Source: Octopus sinensis (taxonomy: Eukaryota). Taken from it: a stretch of 64,000 nt of DNA. The position numbers and the translations under genes were made by a program. The notes beneath the pieces are model-generated. The model did not search any database. It saw nothing but the letters and a program-made list of their open reading frames with translations, and was not told the DNA's origin. Below are positions 11,651 to 25,189 of the stretch, piece by piece; position 1 is the first letter of the stretch; each line of letters starts with the position of its first letter. The DNA lies in assembly GCF_006345805.1 (NCBI RefSeq), contig NC_043005.1, positions 72,974,001 to 73,038,000 of the forward strand, read 5' to 3'.

Positions 11651-12594
11651 ACGAGGGAGAGTCAAAAATTATATGCCCTTTTGTTTTCTTAATCTATTTA
11701 CCCCCAAAATAAGGGGATGAACAAGCAAGTCATTTCTCTATGTAGTCTACTTCCTTTTTGATGCACTTGGTCCAGTGGCCCACAAGCTATCGTATTCTCT
11801 CCGAGATGAAGGTTTTCTGTTGGTCATAGTTAAGTTAAGTCAAGTTAATATTTTGGTTCAAAAAGCAAAAAGCAAGGCCATGTAGGGGGACATGGAGTTA
11901 TGTACAGGGTGGTGATCATGCAAAGAGTTCAGCCCATTTCTGGTCAAAAGAGACTTTGAACCGAGCGGTCGTCGGCATCTTCACTATCTCGTCCGGCAGC
12001 TTATTCCACGGATATGCAACCCGGGCGGAGAAAGCTCCTCTCCTTCGATTGAGATGAAATCGTCGCAGATAGAGCTTTTCGGAGTGAGACCAAGAACCAT
12101 GCGGGTAGCCAGCTTCTGGACTCTTTCGAGATGATGTATGTCTTTGAGGAGATAAGGAGAAGAGGCTTACCATTTATGTATCGCTTCCTTCACATCTTCA
12201 TGTGTAGGAAATCGACGATCTCGTAAACAATCTTTGTTGATCGTACAATACTTTTCCTGCTAATCTTCAAGTATAGTCCCTTTTGAGGATTTTTCAGCGG
12301 AAGACTGAGCCTTGAATTTCTTCGTCGCTGGCGAGCCAGGATTTTTTCCAATTCAGCACCCGACACATCTTCCGACCAGAGAAGTCGAATCACTGGTTTT
12401 TGCTCTTCTTTTGTACACATTGCGAGTGGAGCGGCCATACATACGCAGAAAGTAAAATGGCGCACTCAGGGTCAAACTTCGATCACGTGACCACCATTGC
12501 ACCAACTATAAGCACGCATGCCCTGAAGGCAGTGCGACAATAATAGAGATATATTATGGCGAATGAGCGGATAATTTTTGTATTTCCCCATGTA
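11651..12594 (-). mobile_element. Internally deleted mariner element interrupted by a CR1 fragment
   Basis: TIR-like ends acgagggagagtcaaaaattat / ataatttttgtatttccccatgta; N-term MAAPLAMCTKEEQKPVIRLLWSE; C-term LVGHWTKCIKKEVDYIEK. Confidence 0.7.
11829..12090 (-). mobile_element. CR1-like LINE 3' end
   Basis: HSEKLYLRRFHLNRRRGAFSARVAYPWNKLPDEIVKMPTTARFK, then a short (cttaa)n-type tail. Confidence 0.8.
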
Positions 12595-12681
12595 TATATA
12601 TGTATAAAATAGACATTACCATATATAAAAGGATAATAGTTATAGTATATATATATATATATATGTAAATATAATATGCAG

Positions 12682-12860
12682 CAATTATTCGGTAGCCATG
12701 GTAAAACTCCTAATTTATGATGTCGAGACGGAAAACCACGCTGGCATCTCTTCAGTTATCGGACTATCAAAAAAATGGCTCAAATACTGAAGAGATGTCG
12801 GTGTGGGTTTCCGCCACGACATCCGAAACTCGGAGTTTCATCATGGCTGCCGGATAATTG
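12682..12860. ncRNA. Imperfect palindrome made of two divergent, decayed HHR-like motifs
   Basis: Plus arm: CTGAAGA(12787)-GATGTCG..CGACATC-C-GAAA-CTCGGAG-TT; the minus arm is a more decayed mirror copy. Confidence 0.45.
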
Positions 12861-12939
12861 TCACATATAATAATTACAGATGAATTCTTCTATTTACATA
12901 ATATCGAGGTCTCCTTCATTCTTTTATTGTCTTACCATT

Positions 12940-12997
<58 letters not shown>

Positions 12998-13157
12998 CCC
13001 CTATCTCAATTTACAAACCCTATCTCAATTTGCAACTATATGTAAATATATATATACATACATATATATATATTTATGTATATATATATGTATATACATA
13101 TACATACATGTACATATATATATATAGGTATACATATGCATATATATATACATATAC

Positions 13158-13190
<33 letters not shown>

Positions 13191-13239
13191 CATACATATA
13201 TATATGTATATGTATATATATATGTATATATATATATAT

Positions 13240-13291
<52 letters not shown>

Positions 13292-13339
13292 CATACATAC
13301 ATAGGCAGATATGTAGGTAGCCAGATAAATAGATAGATA

Positions 13340-13545
13340 GTTGGAAGCTTCAGTGATGGAATTCTTCCATTCGAAGGGCAAGAACTGGTATCAGTATGGG
13401 ATCAAAGAACTAGTGGAAAGATGGCTGCCGATGGTGCAACACTATAGACTCTATTTCGAATGCTAGGCTGCTTTTTTTGGGAGCTTGGCGAATAAGGCAA
13501 ATACGTCATCGAAATATTGCAAAACTTTTCAATTAGCACAATGTT
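13340..13545 (+). mobile_element. Mariner transposase C-terminal fragment
   Basis: [40 protein letters not shown]. Confidence 0.7.
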
Positions 13546-13722
13546 ATTTTATTATTTCTCTGCTTTTGTTCTTAAACCACCTGTCCCATCCACTCTCTGT
13601 TAATTATTCAAATCCTATCTTATGTAAGCTGTGTTCGTATCTTATTTACGTTACTTACATTTGTAGTGATTAAGAGCGCGGGCTACTAACCTTAATATTT
13701 CGAACTCGATTCCAAGCAGTGT

Positions 13723-13726
<4 letters not shown>

Positions 13727-13781
<55 letters not shown>

Positions 13782-13872
13782 GTAATAATAATAATAATAA
13801 TATGATAATAATAATAATATAATAATATAATAATAATAATAATAATAATAGTAATAATAATAATAATATAAT

Positions 13873-13903
<31 letters not shown>

Positions 13904-13919
13904 TAAAAATAATAGTAAT

Positions 13920-13992
<73 letters not shown>
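13727..13992. repeat. (AAT)n microsatellite
   Basis: Directly visible. Confidence 0.95.
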
Positions 13993-14811
13993 GTTATCAC
14001 CATACTAATATGGTAGTCTATAAATATAAGACTAAAGCTGTCGCTGATTAGCTCCAAGAGGCCGTCGCCTCTAGCTAGCTATATGACACACGAACCTGCG
14101 TCCAGTGGAGGAATGAAAACAGACGTGAGATACGTAAGGATATTGTATCTGCAGTTCCATTATTTAAGCAGAATGTTGTATATATAATGTTCCTGTGCCA
14201 TATGTGTGAGTTACAATAGTGTTTTTAATTGGTCATTCCAAGCATAGTCTTATAAATGGTGTTATTCGATCGAGGTTTTTTTTAAGTGATTTAAAACTTG
14301 GGAATGTGTTCGTAAGGTCAAATCAAAAACAGGAAGAGAAAATAGGGAGAGACATAATTAACAAGTGAAGAAAGAGGTGAGAGGGAGAAAGAGGAAGAGA
14401 TGAGAGGGTTAAGAATAAAAGAGTGTGAGGTATGTTAGCAGGGGTGTTGTGACGGAGCTACATTAAGGGATGTGTATATAAAGTGTACAGAGAAGATAAG
14501 GGTAATAAAATTGAGGTAGAATGAAGAATGGAAAATATTAGTCAAGTTGCTTAAATGGACAGTTTAGTTGTGAGTAACAGAAGAAATAAAGAATTTATAT
14601 ATGTGAAAATATGTGCACACATTCCTATCCACACCTGTGTATAAACATTTGCATACATCAACACATATATACGCACACAAACACTTGTATGTTAACACGC
14701 ATTCACACATATACATACTCATTTGTATATATTTTTGCATACATAAATGCATGCATGCAGACTCAGACACGCGCATAAATGTGTGCAAGTGTATATATAC
14801 ACACACACACA

Positions 14812-14842
<31 letters not shown>

Positions 14843-15030
14843 TAGAGGCGGGTATGCGTACATATATATACCTACACATACTCATATATAAATCCATTCT
14901 TATATGAAGTATCTATACCTATAATCATATATACTCACATGTACCCGCTTGCATGTTCATATATGTATACATATACACGTATATACAAACATACATATAT
15001 ACACGTACATATATACATAGACATACATAT

Positions 15031-15073
<43 letters not shown>

Positions 15074-15154
15074 AATATATACATATATAATACATATACA
15101 CACACATATTATATATGTATTATATATATAATATATATTAAATATATATTTGCA

Positions 15155-15203
<49 letters not shown>

Positions 15204-15369
15204 ATATATATTTATATATATACTATGTATATTATTTATATAATACATTTATATAATATATATATTATATGTTGTATATATATAATATATTATTTATATA
15301 TATATATATGTGTGTCTATATGTATATACATACATACACCTTCCGTCCTTCTTTGACATGTCTTATTTT

Positions 15370-15930
15370 TCGTCCTGCAGAGTGTCCAACAATCACCATC
15401 CTCACCAAGGAAGCTTGGTGTGGTAGCCAGTTTAGTCGCCGTCGACCCGACCATGCGACATGTTGTACTGGGTTACATGTTACCAGTAGCGCTCAAGTAC
15501 GACTTGACATAAGCGACCACAACACAAGCCGAGGAAAAGGTATAAAGACTGTGTGAAGGAAAACCTGAAGAAGCGCGATGTTCCAGATTAGAACAATTAG
15601 ATGGGTGCTGTTAGGAATGGTTGCAATGCTTGGGAGGACAAGAGAATTCAGCACTCTGGACTTAAAAAAGCCTGTCGCAAAGGAACAACTGGAACTAAAA
15701 TCAACAGTGAACATTGGATATGTATTATATGTGACCGTGTTCTGTTGTCAAAAGCAGGATACGTGAACTATATGAAGTCACTTGAAAATCGTAATGCCCA
15801 GATGGGTGACGATCTTGGACACCAACCACCTCTTACTACTTGTGTCGTATGTCAAAATCTTTTGAGACAATATCTGGACTAAAAAGGCATATGCTAGTTC
15901 ACAAAAACATCCTCCAGAATCCGATTCCTA
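15370..15930 (+). mobile_element. Degenerate RTE-like LINE 3' fragment with zinc-finger remnants
   Basis: WICIICDRVLLSKAGYVNYMKS and TCVVCQN, similar to the element at 37145-37940. Confidence 0.55.
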
Positions 15931-16146
15931 AGGGCAAAGATACAGAATAAACTTTAATAATATCTGTCATTTGTGTTTTAAACCCTGTCAGCCAGCAACT
16001 GGTCTGAAAATCGTCTAAGGGCTCATCAATGGAGTGATTGTACTGTGCGATGGGTGTGGCGTTTGTTGATGGGACGGCTGTCATCTCTCAAGATGAAACA
16101 ATCATCACATACATGCGTATATTGTTCCACTATATATAAGATAATA

Positions 16147-16375
16147 AGGCGGCGAGCTGGCAGAAACGTTAGCACGCCGGGCGAAATGCGTAGCCGTATT
16201 TCGTCTGCCGTTACGTTCTGAGTTCAAATTCCGCCGAGGTCGACTTTGCCTTTCATCCTCTCGGGGTCGATAAATAAAGTACCAGTTACTCACTGGGTCG
16301 ATGTAATCGACTTATCCCTTTGTCTCTCCTTATTTGTCCCCTCTATGTTTAGCCCCTTGTGGGTAGTAAAGAAAT
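16147..16375 (+). mobile_element. SINE family A
   Basis: Full copy; TSD tatatataagataataag. Confidence 0.85.
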
Positions 16376-16530
16376 ATATATATAAGATAATAAGTTTGCG
16401 ATTAATCTGGAATGTTGCCCGTAAACACACAAACTGACAAGCAATTAAGTTTATGATTAAAATATCCTTAATTAACGAAATGATAAAAATACAACTATGA
16501 TGTAGTGTACAAGTGAGATAGCGAGATGAT

Positions 16531-17160
16531 AGGATTGTCATCATGTGACCTTGTGTGATAAGGTTCTGATGTGGTGGTCACGTAATATGGAGATGACCCG
16601 AGTTATTTGAAGGTCACCAGAGATGAGATAACCTGCTATGGAGGTGACACCATAGAGGTGTATTGCTGTGAGTGGTTTAAAATTGGCCGGTGATTATGTT
16701 TCCAATGTTCTGTGTTAGCCGGTGGTATTTGTTCTATTACCAGCTAGTTAGCGCTTATACCAGAGCTTCTCAGGTTCATGTGACCTTGGAGGGTCCGTAT
16801 AAGAATTTCCTGTTAAAATTTATGTGCAATAAGTTGGTTGTTTCTATATTACACAAAATATTCTAATTTTAATGCAGTTCCTAAAAATATTTAATAATGT
16901 AAATAAGATAAAAAAAAAAAAATTCAATAGCTATATGGGTCCACCCAAGTAAAATAGGAATCAAACAGGCCCATAGGTGAAAAGTGTTTGAGAAGCACTT
17001 CTTTAGACCATGTGTATCTAGGATTACATTATATAATGTATAATATAGATATTAGTACCTGGTATACTCGTTGATGTTGGTTAGATTTCATGTCAACTTC
17101 GATTGAGAAGAGTCGTAGAAAAGAGCAAGTGGTAAGCATTCCATTAATGACCATCTCTCC
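16531..17160 (-). other. 3'UTR of paralog B, homologous to gene A 3'UTR (~5150-5510)
   Basis: Colinear blocks shared by both copies, e.g. ctgatgtggtg.tcacgtaata, aattggccggtgatt, tacattatataatgtataatata, cttcgattgag. Confidence 0.8.
16761..17000. mobile_element. hAT-Charlie/MER5-like MITE inserted in paralog B 3'UTR
   Basis: TIR-like ends cagagcttctca ... tgagaagcactt; 8-bp flanks gcttatac/ctttagac; absent from the gene A UTR. Confidence 0.6.
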
Positions 17161-17167
17161 AGTTGTT

Positions 17168-17400
17168 TCAGCTACTTCCAGGTGGCGTTAAAGTTGTTTT
17201 ATTTACTGGCAGCTTCATTCTTGGTATAACAGTTTTATTCGTTGCGAGAATAGAGTTGAGTTTCGTACTCGGAGTCAGATGACAGAAATTCCCTCTGGGT
17301 ACAAACCCATCAGGGCAATCACAGTAGTTGGACCCAGGTGTATTGACACACTTGAGATGGGAAGGACATCCACCGTTGTTGCACCTACACTCGTCGATGT
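17168..17400 (-). CDS. Terminal cbEGF exon of tandem paralog B
   Basis: Acceptor tctctccttattttcAG, phase 1. [40 protein letters not shown] aligns residue-for-residue with the gene A EGF exon; TGA stop. Confidence 0.82.
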
Positions 17401-17798
17401 CTGAAAATAAGGAGAGAGAAAAAATAATATAAATAAAATACAATAGTGAGGAAAATAAACAAAAATATAAGATATATATATCCCTTTTGTTTGGTTGTCA
17501 CTTTTCGATTTCTTTGATTTTATTCCAATTGATTTCAAATTTTGTGTATTGATGTAGTAATGTATGCTAATTATTGACAGGAAATTCATTTTCGCCCTAA
17601 AACAATAAATAAACGATTAATAACTTTTAATGTTTACAACTTTTGGGTAATTCTAACCAATCGAAACCCTGTACGCTGTGTTTTCCTGCTTGTACGCATC
17701 TGTTGCCGTTTTGGTTATTTTGTGTTGCATTTTCGATAAACTACAAAAGTATTCATCAAGGCATCTTTTTACGTCCTCCAAGAAGTTGAAATTCTTAC

Positions 17799-17961
17799 CA
17801 TTAAGACTATTCTGCAGAGACCTGAATCAATGACCATTGATTTTTTGTTGAGCCTGTAGATCAAGATAACTTCTTTGATACGAAGTGTTCCTGTATTCCT
17901 CTACGAGGCTGGTCTGGAGGCGTCTATCTCTTTGGCAGTGTTGCCGCATTTGCTTAAGTGT
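17799..17961 (-). other. Candidate upstream exon of paralog B (possibly disrupted)
   Basis: Strong acceptor ttttccttccgcAG and donor AATG|GTAAGA (same AATG|GTAAG as gene A exon 3), phase 1 out. That frame has one internal TGA, so the exact structure is unresolved. Confidence 0.3.
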
Positions 17962-18424
17962 CTGCGGAAGGAAAATTCATCGTTGTTAGGTGTTCCTTAA
18001 TTCGGACTTGGAATGGACGGACTGTGCTTCAGATGTAATAGTTATAGCATTTGCTGCACTGTATCAGGGATGCCACGTATATACGTAGGCAAATATACGT
18101 GTAACGAATAAAGCAGTTCGCTAGTATGCAGGGCTGTTGTTCTGCACGTGACCATCTCGTTGATAAGTGCACACATAGAGATGGTCTCGAAACGGCCTGT
18201 AGTATGTTGAAGGCTTCCCTGCGGATGGCCTTTGTGATCAAAATATAAAGGTATGATTTTTGTAAAACTTTCTGCACATATGTGTGCAAATATGTATATA
18301 ATATATGTATATATATATATATATATATTATATATACATATATATATATATGTATATATATATACATATATATATACATACATACATATACATACATAAT
18401 ATACATACATACATACATACATAC

Positions 18425-18474
<50 letters not shown>

Positions 18475-18480
18475 GTATGT

Positions 18481-18511
<31 letters not shown>

Positions 18512-18519
18512 TATTTCAA

Positions 18520-18720
18520 AATGTTACCACATGTGAATTGTTGGCAAACTGTTTCCTCCGTCTTCCCTTCTGTTGGAATTTCCTCTCTCTCCGAAGATGA
18601 GCGTCTGCTCGAAACGTTAAACTACCTTTATTTCCTTCCCTTAGCGTCTGCTAATATTTTACATGTACCACGTCCTCGCGTTGTGTTGTTTTTGTGTTGT
18701 TCTTCTTTTTGAGATTTACT
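18520..18720 (+). mobile_element. (TA)n-embedded Penelope-pLTR-like element with decayed HHR-like motif
   Basis: CCGAAGA-T-GAGC-GTCT-GCTC-GAAA-CGTT at 18591-18618. Confidence 0.4.
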
Positions 18721-19299
18721 ATATATATATATATATATGAAAGAAGGTTTGAAAATGCAATTTTAGACGATGTTTATTTCCTTGATCGGTTTTACTTTTT
18801 AAGAAAAAGATTGTCAAAAGTAACATTTAAAAACTTTGTTGTGTTAGGTACTGGTTGTCACAAAATATTACAATACATATGTACATTCTTTGATAATAAT
18901 AAGAACATGTTAAAAACAGTTTACAAAGAAAATAATGGGAAAATATAAAAAAATTAAAAAGTTCTTTAAAATATTAGGCACAAAATATTACAATACATAT
19001 ATACATTCTTTGATAAAAATATGAAAATGTTAAAAACAGTTTATATAAAAAATTATTAAAAAGTTCATAAAGAAAATTGGGATTTCATTAAAAATCATGT
19101 TTGTTTGGAAGTATCTATATATATATAACAGAAAATTATAAGTTCAAAAAGGTCATATTTTGTTAGTATATATATGTACAACGAAGGAGACAGACATATT
19201 CAGTTTACAAAGAATTTGAGATGAACTGACCTGTTTCACCATTTTATCGTAAAAGACTATTTTCTATTTCAAGGGACAGTTTATATACATATACATAAA

Positions 19300-19603
19300 T
19301 ATCACGTGATCACGTGACCGACCAGACCATCAGATGCTGCTACATATCGCTGGTCACAATGCGTTCGCATTGTTTTTAGCCTTCGAATGACGCCACCCCG
19401 CTGGCTAAGCGAGCAGGCCAACAGAAGAAAGAGTGAAAGAGCGTGGTGAAAGAGTACAGCAGGGATCACCACCCCCTGCCGGAGCTTCGTGGAGCTTTTA
19501 GGTGTTTTCGCTCAATAAACACACACAACGCCCTGTCTGGGGATCGAAACCGCGATTCTACGACCGCGAGTCCGCTGCCTTAACCATGGGTCATTGCGCC
19601 TCA
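19300..19603 (-). mobile_element. tRNA-derived SINE family B
   Basis: Reverse complement of the gaggcgcaatg.cccagtggtta..gcagcggactcgcggtcg head. Confidence 0.8.
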
Positions 19604-19893
19604 CTATATACATAAATATTTACATATATATATATATATATATATATTATTATAATATATATATATATATATATTTGTATGATATATATATATATATATA
19701 TATGTATGTTTATATATAATATATTATATATATGTTGTGTGCGTGCATGTTGTCGAAGAAAGGGCACAGGGCAGTAAGTGAAGAGGAAGGTAGACAACAT
19801 TGATAGACCACATTAAGAGGTTGTTGGACAAGGGTGGTTGGCATTTGGAGCGCTCGTGCTCCATTGGCTAGGTTTTCATCATAATGTCATCAA

Positions 19894-19993
19894 NNNNNNN
19901 NNNNNNNNNNNNNNNNNNNNNNNNNNNNNNNNNNNNNNNNNNNNNNNNNNNNNNNNNNNNNNNNNNNNNNNNNNNNNNNNNNNNNNNNNNNNN
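19894..19993. other. Scaffold gap (100 N)
   Basis: Run of N. Confidence 1.
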
Positions 19994-21106
19994 GCAGTGG
20001 CTCTCATGGCTTCTGATCTTAACTGATTGGAATGTGTATCAGTACATTGTTTTGTCTGGTATAAAAGATGAGCTAACAGCAAATATTCTGCTCAATACCA
20101 CATATTTGCTTGTCAGTTGTTTGACCTTAACCCTTGAGCATGTCCCTTAGTGGCTGACGATATGTGCATCTCTGATCATGAGCAGAAGTAGTGGGGGAGT
20201 ATCATAGCCATGTGTTGAGAGGGATTCTTTGGGGTTTGAATGATTCACCTGTGGAAACATGGGAGTTTCATTCAACATCCTTAAACAACCCTTATTCAGG
20301 GACCTTTTGAGCGGGACGGGTTACTCGACTAGAAGAAAATTCTAACTGAGCCCCATCTGCAACGTCATGTACTGTTTATATTGATATGAGATCACCATGA
20401 TGCGCACGTATGGTTGTGATGCATGTATCTAGCGTACCCTCTTATCAAATGGGTAGTCATGATGGGTATATTGGGTTTCGTATGTTTTACTCCAGTGTCA
20501 CTTTGATGGCATGCACTGCTCTCTCACTCAATAATATAATAATAATAATAATAATAATGATGATGATGATGATGATAATAGCTCTCATGACCTGAGATCT
20601 TAACAGATTGGATATGTTATCACGGATATGTTTTGTCTTGGTATAAAAGATGGGCTACAGCAAATATTCTGCTCAGCACCACAGATTTGCTTGTCAGTTG
20701 CTTGACCCTAACCAATTCAGCTTGACCGTTGGTGGTTGACGATATGTGCATCTCTGATCACGAGCAGAGTTAATGGGGGAGCATCATAGCCATGTGTTGA
20801 GAGAGATTCTTTGGGGTTTGGATAATTCACCTCTTAAAACATGGGTGCTTCGTTCAAAATTCTTAAACAGCCCTTACTCACGGACTTTTTGAGCGGTAAG
20901 GGCTACGTGACGCGAAGAAAATTCTAACAGGGCCCCACCTGCAAGGTCATGTGCTGTTAATCTTAATATGAGATTATCATGTCGCGCAGATATTGTTGTG
21001 ATGCATGTGTCTGTTGTACACTAATCAGACGGGTAGTCATGATGGGTATATTGAGCTTCGTATATTTTACCCCAGTATCACTTTGATGGTAAGCATTATT
21101 CTCTCA
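19994..21106. mobile_element. Two more tandem copies of the (AAT)n-embedded repeat
   Basis: Homologous to 3360-3897. Confidence 0.8.
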
Positions 21107-21274
21107 ATAATAATAATAATACCATCACACAGAGACATGGTTCAACTTGTTGGGCTGTGACGTCATTAATACTTTAAGATATACTATTGCATATATAGTA
21201 CTTCAGTAAAGATACTGGTTCTGGTGCTATTTGTTGAGATACCTTTTCATACACTATTTATTAAGATAACAAAA

Positions 21275-21597
21275 GGCGCGTGGCTTACTGGTTAGGGCAT
21301 TCGACTCACGATTGTAAGGTAGTGAGTTTTTCCAATCCCAGGCGACGCGTTGTGTCCTTGAGCAAGACACTTTATTTCACGTTGCTCCAGTCCACTCAGC
21401 TGGCAAAAATGAGTTGTACCTGTATTTCAAAGGGCCGGTCTTGTCACACTCTGTGTCACGCGGAATCTCCTTGGGAATTACGTTAGGGATACACGTATCT
21501 GTGGATTGCTTAGCCACTTGCACGATAATTTCACGAGCAAGCTGTTCCGTTGATTGTATCAGCTGGGACTCTCGTCGTCGTAACCGACGGATTGCTT
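21275..21597 (+). mobile_element. SINE family B variant (CORE-like centre)
   Basis: tRNA-like head, ttgagcaagacacttt..ttgctccagtccactcagctg; TSD tattaagataaca. Confidence 0.8.
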
Positions 21598-22124
21598 CTA
21601 TTAAGATAACATTGGGTTGTGTCCTGAAAGAAATACCTCTGGAAACTCGAGACTTTTCAAAGTCTATGTTTTGGAATCTTTTATCTATCTTTAGGGGTCT
21701 GTTGCATAGAATTGAATCTGAATCTCTCATACTAACTTTCTAAGTTCATGAGATTTAAGTAACCATGACCGAATGCTTTATTAAATTCAGAAGGCTCATA
21801 AAAGTAATCGTCTGAAGAAACATGTGCCCCATAGAGATTCTCACCTCTTTTCTTTAATAGTGATAAATCAAGAATTCTATGTAATATTCATATTAGCTTC
21901 AACGACAATCTTAATTACAAGAAAAGTAGCTAGTTCTAAAATACTGATCCAGTCAAATCGCTCGATTTTAGGTGTTCGCTTCCCTAATCGCAATATATCG
22001 GACACAGGTTGCATCATTAATCAGCAGGTGGAATTTGTCTCTTGAGGTCAGAAAAGAGTAGTAACGTTGTTCTGTACGGAGCAGCCATGTTGAGGTGGCA
22101 AAACATTGCTTTTCAATTTTAAAT

Positions 22125-22450
22125 CATCATCGTTTAACGTCCAGTTTCCATGCTAGCATCGGTTGGACGGTTCGACCGGGGTCTGGGAAGCCAGGAAGCT
22201 GCACCAGGCTCCAGTCTAATCTGGCAGTGTTTCTACAGCTGGATGCCCTTCCTAACGCCAGCCACTCCGTGAGTGTAGTGGGTGCTTTTTATGTGCCACC
22301 GGCACAGGTGCCAGGGGAGGCTGGCAACGATCACGATCGGTTGGTGCTTTTTACGTGTCACCATCACGGAAGCCAGTCAAGGCGGCGCTGGCATCGGCCA
22401 CGTACGGATGGTGCTTTTTACGTGCCACCGGCAGAGGCGCCAGGGGAGAG
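22125..22450 (-). mobile_element. SINE-like repeat with internal tandem duplications
   Basis: Repeated ggtgctttttacgtgccaccggca modules; ctggatgcccttcctaacgcca. Confidence 0.55.
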
Positions 22451-23469
22451 TTGCACCAATAAAATTAATATCAATTAATTTGTTGTCTATTGAAGCCAAA
22501 TATTAAATAATAAATCGAATACAGTATTCTTTGCCTTACAGCAGTTCGCTTCTTTGCTGCATTAATCGACTCTTTGCAGAATATATGAACTGGTTTGTTT
22601 GCTTCAATATACCAACAACCTAAAAATTACAATGATTTAATAATAGCGTTGTAAACTATCTTTTAATTTCACTCATAAATGTATTGAATAAGGATGTAAC
22701 AAATTTACCTGAATAAATATCTATGAGAAGACTATATCTATAACCACACTAAGAAATTAGGAATGCCTTTGAAATATTACTTTCTATGCCGTTTATAACA
22801 TTTAGCCTTGGAATGTCATCAATTTCCATCGTCAAATGTTATGATGTGAGGACTATCTCTTACTACATCATCTCCATCTATTTAAATAGCCTTCAAGTTG
22901 ATCCCCAGCTCTCTAGTTTGATTGAATATAAATGTAAAAGGAAACAGCAGTTAATAACTTTCAGATTCTTGCATCTAAAATCAATTCCGTCATCAACATT
23001 ATGTGTTGAATGTTAGACTATAATTTCCTGTTTCTTCAACTGACTTTGTCCAGTATCGCTGTCTTTCAATTTAATCTGTTATAACCATTCTACAATTACC
23101 ATTTATTTCTTCCTTCATGAAGTGTCATATTCTTGGATGTGTATATAACACCAATACTACATTTGAACTATAAATCCTTTGCCTCTAATTTAAAAGCAAT
23201 AATGCTCATATCCACGGTGCCAAACGATGGCGTTTTATGAAGGTCGAAATCTTAGAAATATAAATCAAATTCACAGTTTAAAGGGGGAAAAAACAACACT
23301 CACATACAAGGATATACTTCCAGCTAAACTATTTTATATAAAATAAACTACATAAAAAGTAAAGTTAAGCGCCAATCTAAGTGGCTGCTCCATGATACTA
23401 CTATTTAACCACAGGCAAATCTTCCACCAACTGGTTATCGGTGCAGCACTGCACCCTGCATATATATAT

Positions 23470-23513
<44 letters not shown>

Positions 23514-23841
23514 ATATATATGGTATATATGTATGTATGTATGCATGTATGTATGTATATATCCTAAATCCTTAAAAATGTTTCAGCCCGAAAACTGTGG
23601 TCATGCTGGGGCACCACCGTTGAATGAGCTACACTAGTATGTGAAACCACCTCTGATACGTGGCACTTGGTCAACAGGGGAGTTCGACGCCGCTGCCCGC
23701 ATCTGTGTTTCCTGCCGAGAGGTAGGTTCATCTGGAACCCCTTGACAAGAAGAGAACACACACACAACTGATGTCTCATCCACGTGATCCCAATCGTCCT
23801 AATGATGACGATATGACGAGGACAACGACGACGACGACGAC

Positions 23842-24014
23842 GAAGAAGAAGAAGAAGAAGAAGAAGAAGAAGAAGAAGAAGAAGAAGAAGAAGGAGAAGG
23901 AGAAGGAGAAGTAGAAGGAGAAGAAGTAGAAGAAGAAGAAGAAGAAGTAGAAGAAGAAGGAGAAGAAGAAGAAGAAGAAGAGGAAGGAGAAGAAGAAGAA
24001 GAAGAAGAGGAAGG

Positions 24015-24045
<31 letters not shown>

Positions 24046-24303
24046 GAAGTAGAAGAAGAAGGAGAAGAAGAAGAAGAAGTAGAAGAAGAAGTAGAAGAAG
24101 AAGAGGAAGGAGAAGAGGAAGAAGGAGAGGAAGGAGAAGGAGAAAGAGAAGAAGAGGAAGAAGAGGAGAGAGAAGAAGAGAAAAGAAGAAGAAGACGAAG
24201 AAGAAGAAGAAGAAGACGAAGAAGAAGAAGAAGAAGAAGAAGAAGAAGAAGAAAAGAAGAAGAAGAAGAAGAAGAAGAAGAAGGAGAAGAAGAAGAAGAA
24301 GAA
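23842..24303. repeat. (GAA)n-type purine microsatellite
   Basis: Directly visible. Confidence 0.95.
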
Positions 24304-24474
24304 ACTAGTATAACAAATAGGCGCAGACAACCAGCTGGGCGAAAATTTTGCTTCTTAGTTGAGCGATTACAGAAAACATTAGAATCGAATTAAGCTGCGG
24401 AGTTTAGAAAGAAACTGTGCGTAAAAGCTGTTGCACATACATATATCACCTTGATCACTTTGACCGACCAGTCC

Positions 24475-24780
24475 GTCAGGCGTCCATTTGACACCGCTTG
24501 TCACAGCACGCTGTACACTCCTCTCTGGATCGCGCCTTTCTCATCCACGTGATCCCAATCGTCCTCCTGAAATCGTAACTCCACCGTCGTGGAGGTCTTC
24601 TGGGTGGTCTTTTCCGCTCACCACTCGACGACTGCGTGCGTCCACCGATTATCGGTGAGCCGGGCGACGTGTCCAGCGCATCTATACTTGCTGCGTGTAT
24701 ACTCTGCGATGACATCTCTCACGCCGGACTTCTTTCTGATGATCTTGCTACTTATGCGCTCTCTCAACGAGATACCAAGC
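24475..24780 (-). mobile_element. RTE LINE 3' fragment (related piece at 23640-23810)
   Basis: IIRKKSGVRDVIAEY...AGHVARLTDNRWTHAVVEW. Confidence 0.75.
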
Positions 24781-24819
24781 ATTTGGTATCTTGGTATGCT
24801 TGGTACATATATATATTAT

Positions 24820-24869
<50 letters not shown>

Positions 24870-24873
<4 letters not shown>

Positions 24874-25131
24874 CGTTCCTACATGAGCCACGCCTGTTTC
24901 CCGTTTTGCTTGGTGTATATGATTCCCCTCCTGTACGGGACGCTGGTCCGTCGCAGGTGAGCTGCAAGATGCAAGAGTGAGAGAAAGTTGTGGCGAAAGA
25001 GTCAGCAGAAGTTTCGAAATTACCTTCTGCCGGAGCCGCGTGGAGCTTAGGTGTTTCGCTCATAAACACACTCATCGAACCCGCGATCACTCGACCGCGA
25101 GTCCGCTGCTCTAACCACTAGGCCACGTGCC
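24870..25131 (-). mobile_element. SINE family B
   Basis: Head gtggcctagtggttagagcagcggactcgcggtcg on minus strand. Confidence 0.75.
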
Positions 25132-25154
25132 ACTCTCTCTCTCTCTCTCTCTCT

Positions 25155-25182
<28 letters not shown>

Positions 25183-25189
<7 letters not shown>

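Noticed and set aside
19231-19263. Small minus-strand exon KIVFYDKMVKQ with CAG|GTCAGT donor
   Set aside because: Plausible splice sites but no homology to gene A; cannot be supported without transcripts.
21600-23200. Possible coding remnants
   Set aside because: The frames inspected are interrupted by stops and no motif could be identified.
23776-24330. Phe/Ser-rich 184-aa ORF
   Set aside because: Reverse strand of the (GAA)n tract.
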